DNA of 64,000 nt from Escherichia coli (GTDB lineage: Bacteria; Pseudomonadota; Gammaproteobacteria; Enterobacterales; Enterobacteriaceae), in NCBI RefSeq assembly GCF_051903065.1, contig NZ_CP178438.1. One strand, given 5' to 3'. Under the pieces are notes generated by a model. That model did no database searches, was not told the origin of the DNA, and worked only from the letters and a program-made list of their open reading frames with translations. Numbering within the stretch: position 1 is the stretch's first letter; every line of letters starts with the position of its first letter. Both the position numbers and the translations under genes were made by a program. Of the stretch, positions 1-9,981 are shown one piece after another.

Positions 1-1
1 T

Positions 2-1786
2 TCTCCCGCGCTGTCGAAAATGCAAAAGAAAATCCGGGGATTTAAACGCCAGGCGGAAGAAGCGTCACAGGGTGGGCTGGCGCTTGGGGGCGGACTGGCA
101 GCGGGTCTGACGCTTTCCCTGAAATCTTATGCCGATCAGGAAAACGCCGCCACCGGGCTGAAAGTCGCCATGATGGATGCGAACGGCGAGGTTGGAAAGA
201 GCTTTCAGGACATCAATAAACTGGCTATTGGCCTGGGTAACCAGCTACCTGGTACAACTGCTGATTTCCAGAACATGATGCAGATGCTGGTGCGTCAGGG
301 GATCCCGGCAGAAAACATTCTGGGTGGTGTGGGTAAAGCGACAGCTTATCTTGCGGTACAACTGAAAAAAACACCGGAAGCGGCTGCTGAGTTTGCTGCA
401 AAGATGCAGGATGCTACCGGAACGGCGTCAGAAGACATGATGGGGCTGTTCGACACTATCCAGAAGGCGTTTTATCTGGGCGTTGACGATACCAACATGT
501 TGTCCTTCTTCACTAAAACCAGTTCTGTTCTGAAGATGGTGAACAAGGATGGTCTTCAGGCTGCACAGAGCCTTGCCCCCATCAGCGTCATGATGGATCA
601 GATGGGGATGAACGGGGAGTCGGCAGGTAATGCCCTGCGAAAAGTTATCCAGTCCGGATTAAGCGTTAAGAAAATCAGGGACGTTAATAAAGTTATGGCC
701 CGCCAGAAACTCGGGGTACAGCTCGATTTTACTGACGGCAAAGGAAGTTTTGGCGGTCTTGATAACATGTTCAGGCAACTGGCAAAGCTGCGAAAACTGA
801 CCGACGTTAAGCGAACAGGTGTACTTAAGGCAATATTTGGTGATGATGCCGAAACCCTTCAGGTGGTCAATGCACTAATCGATAAAGGAAAGGATGGCTA
901 CGATCAGATCCAGCAGAAGATGAATAAACAGGCCAGCCTGAATAAACGTGTTCAGGCACAGCTTGGTACGCTGTCCAACCTGTGGGAGGCAATGACGGGG
1001 ACCGCAACTAACGGCCTTGCGGCTATTGGCGGCGCATTTTCTGGTGACGCTAAAAATATCACACAATGGCTGGGGGAGTTGGGGGAGAAATTCACGAAGT
1101 TTGCGGATGAAAATCCCCGGGTTATTCGCGGCGTCGTCGGGCTTGCTGCCGGTCTTACGATTCTGAAACTGGGATTGATGGGCGTGGGCAGTGCCATCAG
1201 TATTGTCAGCAGGATTATGTCGATGACGCCGATTGGCATGATTGCGACGGCGATTGCTCTGGCTGCGGGATTAATTATCACTAACTGGGATGTTGTCGGA
1301 CCTTATTTCAAGAAGCTCTGGGAAACCATTGGTCCTTATTTTGAGGCAGGTTGGGAACTTCTGAAGAAGGTTTTTGCCTGGTCGCCGCTGGGGATGGTTA
1401 TCAATAACTGGGGACCGGTTGTTAAGTGGTTTCAGGATATGTGGGACAAGCTGAAGCCAATTATTGAGTGGTTTACCGACAGTTCCGGTGACACGGTCGA
1501 TGCCATTAACTCTGCGCAGTGGGGCGCGGGTGCTTATGATGCTTATGGGACGGGAATACCGGCGCGGGGATACACACCTTATCCGGCGGTGGATCCGGCT
1601 CAGTCAAACAACGCCTCCGATGCCACAGGCTCGAATCCCTTCATGATTAACAAAGCTTCTGTGCCAAAAGTTGATGGTGAGATCAAGGTATCTTTTGTGA
1701 ATTCGCCTCCGGGTATGCGGGTTATGGAAACGCGATCCAGCGGTTTTGATGTCAGCCATGATGTTGGCTATACGCGGTTCAGGTAG
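2..1786 (+). CDS. Phage tail tape measure protein (5'-truncated by window edge)
   Basis: Frame is open from the window start; Gly/Ala-rich hydrophobic segment (GVVGLAAGLTILKLGLMGVGSAISIV) and W-rich repeats (WDVVGPYFKKLWETIGPYFEAGWELL) typical of tape measure proteins; sits just upstream of the baseplate genes. Confidence 0.7.
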   Translation, partial: SPALSKMQKKIRGFKRQAEEASQGGLALGGGLAAGLTLSLKSYADQENAATGLKVAMMDANGEVGKSFQDINKLAIGLGNQLPGTTADFQNMMQMLVRQGIPAENILGGVGKATAYLAVQLKKTPEAAAEFAAKMQDATGTASEDMMGLFDTIQKAFYLGVDDTNMLSFFTKTSSVLKMVNKDGLQAAQSLAPISVMMDQMGMNGESAGNALRKVIQSGLSVKKIRDVNKVMARQKLGVQLDFTDGKGSFGGLDNMFRQLAKLRKLTDVKRTGVLKAIFGDDAETLQVVNALIDKGKDGYDQIQQKMNKQASLNKRVQAQLGTLSNLWEAMTGTATNGLAAIGGAFSGDAKNITQWLGELGEKFTKFADENPRVIRGVVGLAAGLTILKLGLMGVGSAISIVSRIMSMTPIGMIATAIALAAGLIITNWDVVGPYFKKLWETIGPYFEAGWELLKKVFAWSPLGMVINNWGPVVKWFQDMWDKLKPIIEWFTDSSGDTVDAINSAQWGAGAYDAYGTGIPARGYTPYPAVDPAQSNNASDATGSNPFMINKASVPKVDGEIKVSFVNSPPGMRVMETRSSGFDVSHDVGYTRFR

Positions 1787-1885
1787 TGTACAAAATGATT
1801 AATGTGTTTTTGTCTGGCATAATTTGGGTTTTCAGCTTTAAGTAGTTAATATAATCATTCCTTACAAATGATTGAAGGGATGATT

Positions 1886-2380
1886 ATGCGTATCTTTGTT
1901 TTTTTTATATCTGCACTTTTATCTTTTAACTTGGCTGCGGAAGAGTGTAAGTTCAGCTTTAATGAGTCAGAATTAATCTCTTCTATAGGTATTGCACCAG
2001 TTAAGCAAGAGATAATAAAGGATGAAGGAATAACTAAGCGGCAATATGAATTCAGAAGAGAATTATCTTCTGAAGAAATGCTTAGTGATGACGCTGATGA
2101 AAAATATGAGCCGCAGTTTTATATATCTGTTTATAATCCATCATGCCCACAAAAGGTTATTGTTTGGTTTTTCAAAGACAATAAAAACACAATGGATTTA
2201 AGTAATGAGGTCCTTGCTGGTAGAGCGTTCAAGTATTTAACTGGTGTTAATGAAAGTATTTTTGAAAATAAAATGAAAAAGTTTTTAAAGGTACAGTCAT
2301 TTGAATCTTTTGATGAAAGGACAGATTCTAAATTTATAAAGAGTGGTGATATTTATTCCATTGATGTTCAACTCAGATAG
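1886..2380 (+). CDS. Hypothetical secreted protein; AT-rich accessory gene (moron) inside the tail module
   Basis: ORF 1868..2380; the ATG at 1886 is preceded by AGGGA; N-terminal signal-peptide-like segment MRIFVFFISALLSFNLAAEE; markedly AT-rich compared with the flanking GC-rich tail genes; no recognisable family. Confidence 0.5.
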   Translation: MRIFVFFISALLSFNLAAEECKFSFNESELISSIGIAPVKQEIIKDEGITKRQYEFRRELSSEEMLSDDADEKYEPQFYISVYNPSCPQKVIVWFFKDNKNTMDLSNEVLAGRAFKYLTGVNESIFENKMKKFLKVQSFESFDERTDSKFIKSGDIYSIDVQLR

Positions 2381-2399
2381 TAATTAAAAATATTAGGTT

Positions 2400-2456
2400 C
2401 CCGCCACATCTTCTGCGATGTAAATAACTGACAAAGCAGATTTGGCGGGTTTTTTG
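2400..2456 (+). terminator. Putative hairpin plus T-run downstream of the moron
   Basis: cccgcca ... tggcggg inverted repeat followed by tttttt. Confidence 0.35.
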
Positions 2457-2470
2457 TATCCGGAGTTTAT

Positions 2471-3799
2471 ATGACGTGGAAAGACAGGCTTCAGGATGCG
2501 TCATTTCGCGGCGTACCGTTTAAGGTTGAAGAAGAAAGTGCGGGAACCGGTCGCCGTGTGGAAACACACGAATATCCGAACCGCGACAAGCCCTATACCG
2601 AAGATCTGGGAAAAGTCACTTTCCGCCCGTCCATCACAGCTTATGTGGTGGGAGATGACTGCTTTGACCAGCGCGATCGCCTGATTGACGCGCTGAATAA
2701 ACCCGGTCCCGGCACGCTTGTCCACCCGACATATGGTGAGCTGAAAGTCTGTGTTGACGGGGAAGTTCGGGTCAGCACATCGAAAAGTGAAGGGCGTATT
2801 GTCCGCTTTGACCTGAAGTTTGTCGAAGCAGGAGAACTCTCTTACCCCACATCAGGTGCGGCGACGGCGCAGACGCTGATGTCATCCTGTTCTGCACTGG
2901 ATGACTGCATCAGTGACAGCTTCAGCGGTTTCAGTATCGATGGTGTGGCGGATTTCGTGCAGAACGACGTTATCGGTAATGCCAGCATAATGCTGGGGTA
3001 TGTTTCTGATGCGATGAAAGTGGTGGATTCTGCCGTATCGGATGCCGCCAGGCTGTTGCAGGGGGATATCTCGGTACTTCTGCCGCCGCCATCGTCAGGC
3101 AAAAATTTCGTTGAGCAGGTGCAGAAAATGTGGCGTACCGGGAAACGCCTTTATGGTAACGCCAGCGACCTGGTCACCATGATCAAAACGCTTTCCGGTG
3201 TCAGCCTCGGCAGCGATCTGCAACCGCGCGGCGTCTGGAAAACGGACAGTAAAACCACCGCCACGGCGACGCAGCAGCGTAACGTGGTTGCCAGCACCCT
3301 TCGTACGACCGCAATCAGCGAAGCGGCGTATGCCGTCACACGATTGCCTGCGCCCACAACTTCCGCGGTGATGCAGAATGCCACAGTGGGGCCGTCAACA
3401 ACACCCACGCAGAGCACCGGCTGGCCTTTTGTCACGCATCCGGCACTGAACAATGCACCGGCGGTGAAAAACACGGTTGACCTGCCAACGTGGGAAGAAC
3501 TGACCGACATTCGCGACACACTGAATACGGCAATTGATAAGGAGTTGTCCCGTACAACCAGTGATGCGCTGTTTCTGGCGCTGCGCCGGGTGAAAGCAGA
3601 TCTGAATGCGGATATCAACACGCGCCTTGAACAGTCTGCACGGATCATTCAGCGCACGCCGGATGAGGTTTTACCCGCGCTGGTGCTGGCGGCGACCTGG
3701 TTTGATAACGCGGCGCGTGACGCGGACATTATCCGGCGTAATGCCATTACGCATCCCGGCTTTGTGCCGGTGATCCCTCTGAAGGTGCCAGTGCAATGA
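2471..3799 (+). CDS. Phage DNA circulation protein (Mu gp43/N-like)
   Basis: 442 aa; N-terminus MTWKDRLQDASFRGVPFKVEEE...HEYPNRD matches the Mu-like DNA circulation family as I recall it; located between tape measure and baseplate genes. Confidence 0.7.
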   Translation: MTWKDRLQDASFRGVPFKVEEESAGTGRRVETHEYPNRDKPYTEDLGKVTFRPSITAYVVGDDCFDQRDRLIDALNKPGPGTLVHPTYGELKVCVDGEVRVSTSKSEGRIVRFDLKFVEAGELSYPTSGAATAQTLMSSCSALDDCISDSFSGFSIDGVADFVQNDVIGNASIMLGYVSDAMKVVDSAVSDAARLLQGDISVLLPPPSSGKNFVEQVQKMWRTGKRLYGNASDLVTMIKTLSGVSLGSDLQPRGVWKTDSKTTATATQQRNVVASTLRTTAISEAAYAVTRLPAPTTSAVMQNATVGPSTTPTQSTGWPFVTHPALNNAPAVKNTVDLPTWEELTDIRDTLNTAIDKELSRTTSDALFLALRRVKADLNADINTRLEQSARIIQRTPDEVLPALVLAATWFDNAARDADIIRRNAITHPGFVPVIPLKVPVQ

Positions 3800-4875
3800 A
3801 CGACAATGTCACGCTACGGGTAAATGGCCGGGAGTGGAATGGCTGGACATCGGTGCGCATCGGTGCCGGTATTGAACGGCTGGCGCGGGATTTCAGTGTG
3901 GAGATCACTCGCCAGTGGCCGGGAGATGAGGGTATCACCACGCTTCAGCCGCGCATTAAAAACGGTTCAAAAGTGGAAGTGCTGATTGGTGATGAGCTGG
4001 TGATCACCGGCTGGGTGGAGGCGACTCCCGTTCGTTACGATGCCCGTTCGGTCAGCACCGGTATTGCCGGACGTAGTCTGACGGCTGACCTGATTGACTG
4101 TGCAGCCGAACCGACACAGTTTAACGGACGCTCGCTGGTGCAGATTGCGCAGGCGCTTGCTGCGCCTTTCGGCATTGAGGTGGTGAACAGCGGTGCGCCG
4201 TCGGGTGTTATTCCTGATGTTCAGCCTGATCACGGTGAAACGGTGATTGAGGTAATCAACAAAATACTCGGTCAGCAGCAGGCGCTGGCTTACGACGACC
4301 CGCACGGCAGGCTGGTGATTGGCGGTATTGGCTCAACGCGGGCACATACCGCGCTGGTACTCGGGGAAAACATCCTTTCCTGTGATACGGAGAAGAGTAT
4401 CCGGGAGCGGTTTTCTGTTTACCAGGTGGCGGGGCAGCGTGCCGGAAACGACGATGATTTCGGTGAGGCCACCACCACCGCGCTGCGGGCCCGCACAGAG
4501 GACGCATTTATTGCCCGTTACCGTCCGATGTATATCAGGCAGACAGGGCAGGCCACGGGGGCAGGTTGTATTGCGCGTGCTGACTTTGAAGCCCGACAAC
4601 GGGCGGCGCGGACGGATGAAACCACCTATGTGGTGCAGGGCTGGCGACAGGGTAACGGTACGCTGTGGCAGCCCAACCAGCGGGTGATTGTCTTCGATCC
4701 GGTCTGTGGTTTCGACAATACCGAACTGCTTGTCTCGGAAGTCACGTTTACTCAGGACCAGAACGGCACCCTGACGGAAATCCGTGTCGGCCCACCTGAT
4801 GCTTATCTGCCTGAACCCGAAGCCCCCGGCGCGCGGAAAAAGAAAAAAGCCAGAGTACAGGAGGACCCGTTCTGA
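3796..4875 (+). CDS. Phage baseplate hub / tail protein (Mu gp44/P-like)
   Basis: 359 aa; start overlaps the upstream stop (ATGA); position in the Mu-type module. Confidence 0.65.
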   Translation: MNDNVTLRVNGREWNGWTSVRIGAGIERLARDFSVEITRQWPGDEGITTLQPRIKNGSKVEVLIGDELVITGWVEATPVRYDARSVSTGIAGRSLTADLIDCAAEPTQFNGRSLVQIAQALAAPFGIEVVNSGAPSGVIPDVQPDHGETVIEVINKILGQQQALAYDDPHGRLVIGGIGSTRAHTALVLGENILSCDTEKSIRERFSVYQVAGQRAGNDDDFGEATTTALRARTEDAFIARYRPMYIRQTGQATGAGCIARADFEARQRAARTDETTYVVQGWRQGNGTLWQPNQRVIVFDPVCGFDNTELLVSEVTFTQDQNGTLTEIRVGPPDAYLPEPEAPGARKKKKARVQEDPF

Positions 4876-5423
4876 TGAGGACGATTGAAGCCATGCAGCG
4901 ACAACTTCTCGGCCTGATTGGGCGGGCGGTGGTGAAAAGCATCAGTGCCGCCACGAAATGTCAGACCGTGGATGTGTCCCTGATTGCCGGTGAACCCAAA
5001 GCCGGGGTTGAACATCTTGAACCCTACGGTTTTACCGCAAGGGCAAACAGCGGTGCGGAAGCGGTGGTGTTGTTTCCGGATGGCGACCGTTCTCATGCGG
5101 TGGTTGTTACGGTGTCGGACCGGCGCTACCGCCTGAAAGGGCTGCAGACGGGTGAGGTGGCTGTCTATGACGATCAGGGGCAGTCCGTGACGCTGACCCG
5201 GGCGGGGATCGTGGTGGACGGTGCAGGTAAAACGATTACGTTTCGCAATGCGCCTAAGGCTCGTTTTGAAATGGACCTGGAAGTGACCGGACAGGTGAAA
5301 GACCTGTGCGACTCCACCGGCACCACCATGTCAGCGATGCGACTTGCCTATAACGGGCATCGTCACAGAGAGAACGGTCAGGGCAGTAACACCGACAAAC
5401 CTGATAAAGCGATGGAGGCATGA
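4875..5423 (+). CDS. Phage baseplate assembly protein V / spike (Mu gp45-like)
   Basis: 182 aa; gpV-like size and position; overlapping start/stop with neighbours. Confidence 0.65.
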   Translation: MRTIEAMQRQLLGLIGRAVVKSISAATKCQTVDVSLIAGEPKAGVEHLEPYGFTARANSGAEAVVLFPDGDRSHAVVVTVSDRRYRLKGLQTGEVAVYDDQGQSVTLTRAGIVVDGAGKTITFRNAPKARFEMDLEVTGQVKDLCDSTGTTMSAMRLAYNGHRHRENGQGSNTDKPDKAMEA

Positions 5424-5848
5424 TGGAACTGTGGCTGACGGTGAACGGTAAACGCACCTGCGCCAGCGCACAACTGGATCCGCTGACCCGCGCCGTGGTG
5501 ATTTCCCTGTTTACCTGGCGGCGGGCGGAGCCTGATGACAACGCCGACGTCCCGATGGGATGGTGGGGGGATACCTGGCCTGCGGTACAGAATGACCGTT
5601 ACGGCTCCCGACTGTGGCTGCTTCAGCGCAGCAAACTGACCAATCAGCTGGTGCAGACGGTAAGGGGGTATATCCGCGAATGCCTGCAATGGATGATTGA
5701 TGACGGCGTGGTGTCCCGTATTGATCTGGATATCCGCCGCACCGGGATTAATGAACTGGGTAACAGTATCACTCTCTGGCGTCGTGACGGACCGGTAATG
5801 ATTTCTTTTGATGATCTGTGGAGTGCGATAACGCATGGCGGACAGTGA
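5420..5848 (+). CDS. Phage GP46-family baseplate protein
   Basis: 142 aa; position and size match Mu gp46. Confidence 0.6.
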   Translation: MMELWLTVNGKRTCASAQLDPLTRAVVISLFTWRRAEPDDNADVPMGWWGDTWPAVQNDRYGSRLWLLQRSKLTNQLVQTVRGYIRECLQWMIDDGVVSRIDLDIRRTGINELGNSITLWRRDGPVMISFDDLWSAITHGGQ

Positions 5849-6893
5849 ATTTCAGCGCCCGACGCTGGCAGAAAATATCAGTATGCTCCGTAACGATTTA
5901 TTCGCCAGGCTGGACGTCAGTGACACGCTCCGGCGCATGGATGAAGACGTGCGGGCAAAGGTGTATGCGGCGGCGCTGCATACGGTTTACGGTTACATCG
6001 ATTATCTGGCAATGAACATGCTGCCTGACCTGTGCGATGAGTCCTGGCTGGCGCGACATGCTGCGATGAAACGGTGTCCGCGCAAGGGGGCGACGGCTGC
6101 CAGCGGGTATATGCGCTGGGAAGGTGTCAGCGATGGCCTGAAGGTGACCGCCGGGAGTGTTATTCAGCGCGATGACCTGGTTCAGTACACGGCAACTGCC
6201 GATGCAACCAGCTCCGGTGGTGTCCTGCGCGTGCCGATCGCCTGCTCAAGTGCAGGTGCGGTCGGTAACGCTGACGACGGTACGGCATTAATCCTGGTCA
6301 CGCCGGTGAATGGTCTGCCGTCTTCCGGTGTGGCTGACACCCTTACAGGCGGATTTGATACTGAAGAGCTGGAAACGTGGCGCGCCCGCGTCATTGAGCG
6401 GTATTACTGGACGCCTCAGGGCGGGGCTGACGGGGACTATGTCGTCTGGGCTAAAGAAGTGCCCGGCATTACCCGCGCATGGACATACCGTCACTGGATG
6501 GGAACGGGAACTGTCGGTGTGATGATTGCCAGCAGTGACCTGATTAATCCCATTCCGGAAGAATCAACGGAAACGGCAGCAAGACAACATATCGTGCCAC
6601 TGGCCCCGGTGGCAGGCTCTGATTTGTATGTATTCAGGCCGGTGGCACATACGGTGGATTTTCATATCCGCGTGACGCCGGACACACCAGAAATACGAGC
6701 CGCCATCACCGCGGAGTTGCGTTCGTTTCTTCTGCGTGATGGTTATCCGCAGGGAGAACTGAAGGTATCGCGTATCAGTGAGGCGATTTCCGGTGCGAAC
6801 GGGGAATATAGCCATCAGTTGCTTGCACCGGCAGACAATATCTCCATTGCGAAAAATGAACTGGCGGTTCTGGGGACGATTTCATGGACGTGA
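5835..6893 (+). CDS. Phage baseplate J-like wedge protein (Mu gp47-like)
   Basis: 352 aa; conserved synteny. Confidence 0.65.
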   Translation: MADSEFQRPTLAENISMLRNDLFARLDVSDTLRRMDEDVRAKVYAAALHTVYGYIDYLAMNMLPDLCDESWLARHAAMKRCPRKGATAASGYMRWEGVSDGLKVTAGSVIQRDDLVQYTATADATSSGGVLRVPIACSSAGAVGNADDGTALILVTPVNGLPSSGVADTLTGGFDTEELETWRARVIERYYWTPQGGADGDYVVWAKEVPGITRAWTYRHWMGTGTVGVMIASSDLINPIPEESTETAARQHIVPLAPVAGSDLYVFRPVAHTVDFHIRVTPDTPEIRAAITAELRSFLLRDGYPQGELKVSRISEAISGANGEYSHQLLAPADNISIAKNELAVLGTISWT

Positions 6894-7468
6894 CAAACGA
6901 TGATTACATCCGTCTGTTGTCGGCACTGTTGCCACCCGGTCCGGCGTGGTCAGCCAGAGATCCGGCGATTGCCGGTGCGGCACCGTCATTAACCCGCGTT
7001 CATCAGCGTGCGGATGCCCTGATGCGGGAGCTGGATCCGCGCACCACCACTGAACTGATAAACCGCTGGGAGCGTCTGTGCGGTCTGCCGGATGAATGTA
7101 TTCCCGCAGGGACACAGACCCTTCGCCAGCGTCAGCAACGACTGGATGCGAAGGTTAACCTGGCGGGCGGCATCAATGAGGATTTTTACCTTGCACAGCT
7201 TGCTGCCCTGGGCAGACCAGATGCCACCATCACGCGATACGACAAAAGCACCTTCACCTGCTCATCGGCCTGTACTGACGCGGTGAATGCGCCGGAATGG
7301 CGGTATTACTGGCAGGTCAACATGCCAGCTGCCACCAACACTACCTGGATGACATGTGGCGATCCCTGTGATTCCGCACTGCGTATCTGGGGGGACACCG
7401 TTGTCGAGTGTGTGCTTAACAAACTCTGCCCGTCGCATACCTACGTAATTTTTAAATATCCGGAGTAA
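6884..7468 (+). CDS. Phage tail protein (Mu gp48 / DUF2313-like)
   Basis: 194 aa; position immediately upstream of the tail fibre gene. Confidence 0.6.
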   Translation: MDVTNDDYIRLLSALLPPGPAWSARDPAIAGAAPSLTRVHQRADALMRELDPRTTTELINRWERLCGLPDECIPAGTQTLRQRQQRLDAKVNLAGGINEDFYLAQLAALGRPDATITRYDKSTFTCSSACTDAVNAPEWRYYWQVNMPAATNTTWMTCGDPCDSALRIWGDTVVECVLNKLCPSHTYVIFKYPE

Positions 7469-7471
7469 TCC

Positions 7472-8512
7472 ATGCATCGTATAGACACGAAAACCGCGCA
7501 GAAGGATAAGTTCGGCGCGGGTAAGAACGGTTTTACCCGTGGTAACCCCCAGACCGGCACACCTGCCACCGATCTGGATGATGACTACTTTGACATGTTG
7601 CAGGAGGAGCTTTGCAGCGTTGTGGAGGCATCAGGTGCCAGCCTGGAGAAGGGGCGGCATGACCAGTTACTTACCGCACTTCGCGCGCTGCTGTTAAGCC
7701 GCAAGAATCCGTTTGGCGATATCAAATCGGATGGCACGGTGAAAACAGCTCTCGAAAACCTTGGTTTGGCTAATTACGCAGACAAAGCAAGTCTGGCGAA
7801 TCAGGAGTTTTCTGGTCCCGTATCATCTAAAGACTGCGTTACCGCAACATCGGCAGATGGGGTAACCCGCAAAGTATCGCTTAATGCCAGTACGGGTTTG
7901 AAGATAGTTATTTATGATGGCGGAACTTACAAGGGGGCAATAAACATCCCGGCAAAAGACGGGACAATGGCACTTGTATCTGATTTGGCTAATTTTGCTG
8001 ATAAATTGAGTGCTTCTGAGCAATATTTTAAAGGACCTGTTTCATCCGGGGATGGGCTCATAGCAAAATATGGCACCGCAAAAATAATTCTGTCAGCCCA
8101 AAACGGTCAGAGAATTGTTGTTTATACAAACGACACTTACCGTGGAGCTATTAATATTCCACTTCGTGACGGAACTATGGCGCTCCTGGATGATGTTACT
8201 AATGTTAGCGCAACGCTGCTGGGTATATCTCAGTCATGGCAGAACGTGAAAGCCAGCCGTAGTGCCGGGGTTACGTATACCAACTCAACAGGCAGGCCCA
8301 TTGCAGTTTCAATCGCCGGAATAATGGCAACACGTCAGAATGGAGTTCAGTTGTCACTTGCCGTTAATGGCACAGAGGCTTCAAGTTTTGCCGTGACTGA
8401 CAGCTCGTTTGACATCAGGGGTAACGTATTTGCGATTGTGCCACCAGGAGCAACTTACAAACTTACAGCAAATAACATTAATTCTATTTTGACCTGGTCG
8501 GAGCTTCGCTAA
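7472..8512 (+). CDS. Phage tail fibre protein
   Basis: 346 aa; N-terminus [10 protein letters not shown]...[23 protein letters not shown] resembles the conserved tail-fibre N-terminal domain; internal ~60-aa duplication; followed by an assembly chaperone gene. Confidence 0.75.
   Translation: MHRIDTKTAQKDKFGAGKNGFTRGNPQTGTPATDLDDDYFDMLQEELCSVVEASGASLEKGRHDQLLTALRALLLSRKNPFGDIKSDGTVKTALENLGLANYADKASLANQEFSGPVSSKDCVTATSADGVTRKVSLNASTGLKIVIYDGGTYKGAINIPAKDGTMALVSDLANFADKLSASEQYFKGPVSSGDGLIAKYGTAKIILSAQNGQRIVVYTNDTYRGAINIPLRDGTMALLDDVTNVSATLLGISQSWQNVKASRSAGVTYTNSTGRPIAVSIAGIMATRQNGVQLSLAVNGTEASSFAVTDSSFDIRGNVFAIVPPGATYKLTANNINSILTWSELR
7749..7774. other. hix/gix-like imperfect palindrome inside the tail fibre gene (candidate invertase crossover site)
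   Basis: ctctcGAAAACC-TT-GGTTTggctaat; compare the hix half-site TTCTTGAAAACC; lies at the junction of the conserved N-terminal and variable C-terminal fibre regions (codons ~93-101). Confidence 0.45.
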
Positions 8513-8889
8513 TGAATACGGTAATCAAAGAGCAAAAATTCTTTAAGGACTCGGCCGGTGTGATTTTTTGCATCGACATCATGGAAATGAATGCTGAGTC
8601 ATGGGGTGAAGAAGTACAGGCCGGATGGCAGGAAATTAGTGCCGATGAAGCGCTATTAATTGCTAATCCACCGCCTACAGAGGAACAGCTATTTGAACAG
8701 GTTAGGGCGCAGAAACAGGCCCTGATTTCCGAGGCGACTGCAATTATAGATCCACTTAAGGATGCACTGGATGGTGGCTATATCGACGATGCAGACAAAC
8801 CAAGACTGACTGAATGGCAAAAGTACCGCTATGAGGTGACGAAAGTTGATCCGGGAAAACCTGTGTGGCCACCGAAGCCTACAGAATAG
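8512..8889 (+). CDS. Tail fibre assembly protein (Tfa/U-like chaperone)
   Basis: 125 aa; start overlaps the fibre stop; C-terminus ...KYRYEVTKVDPGKPVWPPKPTE typical of Tfa proteins. Confidence 0.75.
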   Translation: MNTVIKEQKFFKDSAGVIFCIDIMEMNAESWGEEVQAGWQEISADEALLIANPPPTEEQLFEQVRAQKQALISEATAIIDPLKDALDGGYIDDADKPRLTEWQKYRYEVTKVDPGKPVWPPKPTE

Positions 8890-8932
8890 GAACATTTTTT
8901 ATAACCATCAAAAATCTGGTGATATTTCGCCT

Positions 8933-8958
8933 CTTCTCCTGTTTTTACAACAGGAGAA
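8933..8958 (+). other. Perfect 10-bp stem hairpin overlapping the invertase Shine-Dalgarno sequence
   Basis: cttctcctgt-tttaca-acaggagaag; the right arm contains AGGAG positioned 7 nt before the invertase ATG at 8965. Confidence 0.5.
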
Positions 8959-8964
8959 GCACTC

Positions 8965-9528
8965 ATGATTTACGGGTATGTTCGTGTATCAACAAATCAT
9001 CAGGATACAGAGTTGCAACGTCTTGCACTTGAGTCAGCTGGCTGTGAGCGAATTTATGAAGAATATGCCAGTGGCAGAACAGCTAATCGCCCTGTGTTAA
9101 AGGAATTAATTACGGTGATGAAAAGTGGAGATGAGTTGATTGTCTGGAAGTTAGATCGGATAGGGAGAAATGTGCTGCATGCGCTATTTATGTTTCAAAA
9201 TCTGCACGAAAAAGGTGTTAATTTTCGGAGTATTACAGATGGCGTAGACCTGAAAACAGCAAGTGGTCGCTATAATTTCCGTAATATTCTTTCTGCTGCG
9301 CAGTATGAATCTGATTTGAATAGCGAGCGAACTTTAGCTGGTTTGGCTATTGCCAGATCCAAAGGCCGGATTGGTGGGCGTAGACCGAAGTTTAGCGACG
9401 AGCAGTGGCAACAGATGGGAGCGCTCATAGCGGCAGGGAAATCACGGCGTTATGTTGCACGTATCTATAACGTTGGGCTATCAACCCTATATAAACGATT
9501 TCCTGTTACTGGCATTCAAACGAAATAA
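8965..9528 (+). CDS. Serine recombinase, DNA invertase (Gin/Pin/Hin family)
   Basis: 187 aa; MIYGYVRVSTNHQ...LDRIGRN motifs characteristic of resolvase/invertase family; adjacent to tail fibre genes as in the Mu G-segment/gin arrangement. Confidence 0.85.
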   Translation: MIYGYVRVSTNHQDTELQRLALESAGCERIYEEYASGRTANRPVLKELITVMKSGDELIVWKLDRIGRNVLHALFMFQNLHEKGVNFRSITDGVDLKTASGRYNFRNILSAAQYESDLNSERTLAGLAIARSKGRIGGRRPKFSDEQWQQMGALIAAGKSRRYVARIYNVGLSTLYKRFPVTGIQTK

Positions 9529-9671
9529 TTTAAAAGCAATTTAAAGAGTTATTTGTCTAATGTTGGAAGCCGCAGCCACGTCGTATGCAAGAACGTGCTG
9601 CGGCTGGCTGGCGAACTTTCGATAGTGCGAGTATTGAATGATTTCCAGCCGTTACCGATTTTACGTGTTAA

Positions 9672-9920
9672 TTAGTGAACAAACCACTCGTCAGCAGATT
9701 CCCAGGTATCTTTCAGAGTCTCCTGAACAAAAGTTTTTGCAGAATCCTTATCTGCGGTGCGTGTAACAGAAAGGCCATCGTTGCTGGTGGCTTTTACGAT
9801 CACCTCTACATCGTCATAACGTTTACTGATGCGTCGGGTTAATTCTTCCTTTAACGCATCCACAGCACCGGTTGGCATTTTAGTCATTTTTTCTTTGGCT
9901 ATGCAGATTTCAATACGCAT
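9672..9920 (-). CDS. DinI-family DNA damage-inducible protein
   Basis: 82 aa; MRIEI...[24 protein letters not shown]...DEWFV pattern typical of DinI/MsgA; LexA boxes immediately upstream. Confidence 0.8.
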   Translation of the reverse strand: MRIEICIAKEKMTKMPTGAVDALKEELTRRISKRYDDVEVIVKATSNDGLSVTRTADKDSAKTFVQETLKDTWESADEWFVH

Positions 9921-9935
9921 AAAAGTCCCTCTATA

Positions 9936-9979
9936 CTGTGTTTGTATACAGTATTATTTTTAACTGTATAGATAAACAG
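9936..9979 (-). promoter_or_regulatory. Two tandem LexA (SOS) boxes upstream of the DinI-like gene
   Basis: taCTGTgtttgtatACAGta (9936-9951) and aaCTGTatagataaACAGtg (9964-9979), both CTGT-N8-ACAG. Confidence 0.75.
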
Positions 9980-9981
9980 TG

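Noticed and set aside
8890-8932. Second full hix/gix recombination site between the chaperone and invertase genes
   Set aside because: Only a half-site-like ATCAAAAA is present; no convincing 26-bp imperfect palindrome, so I did not annotate it
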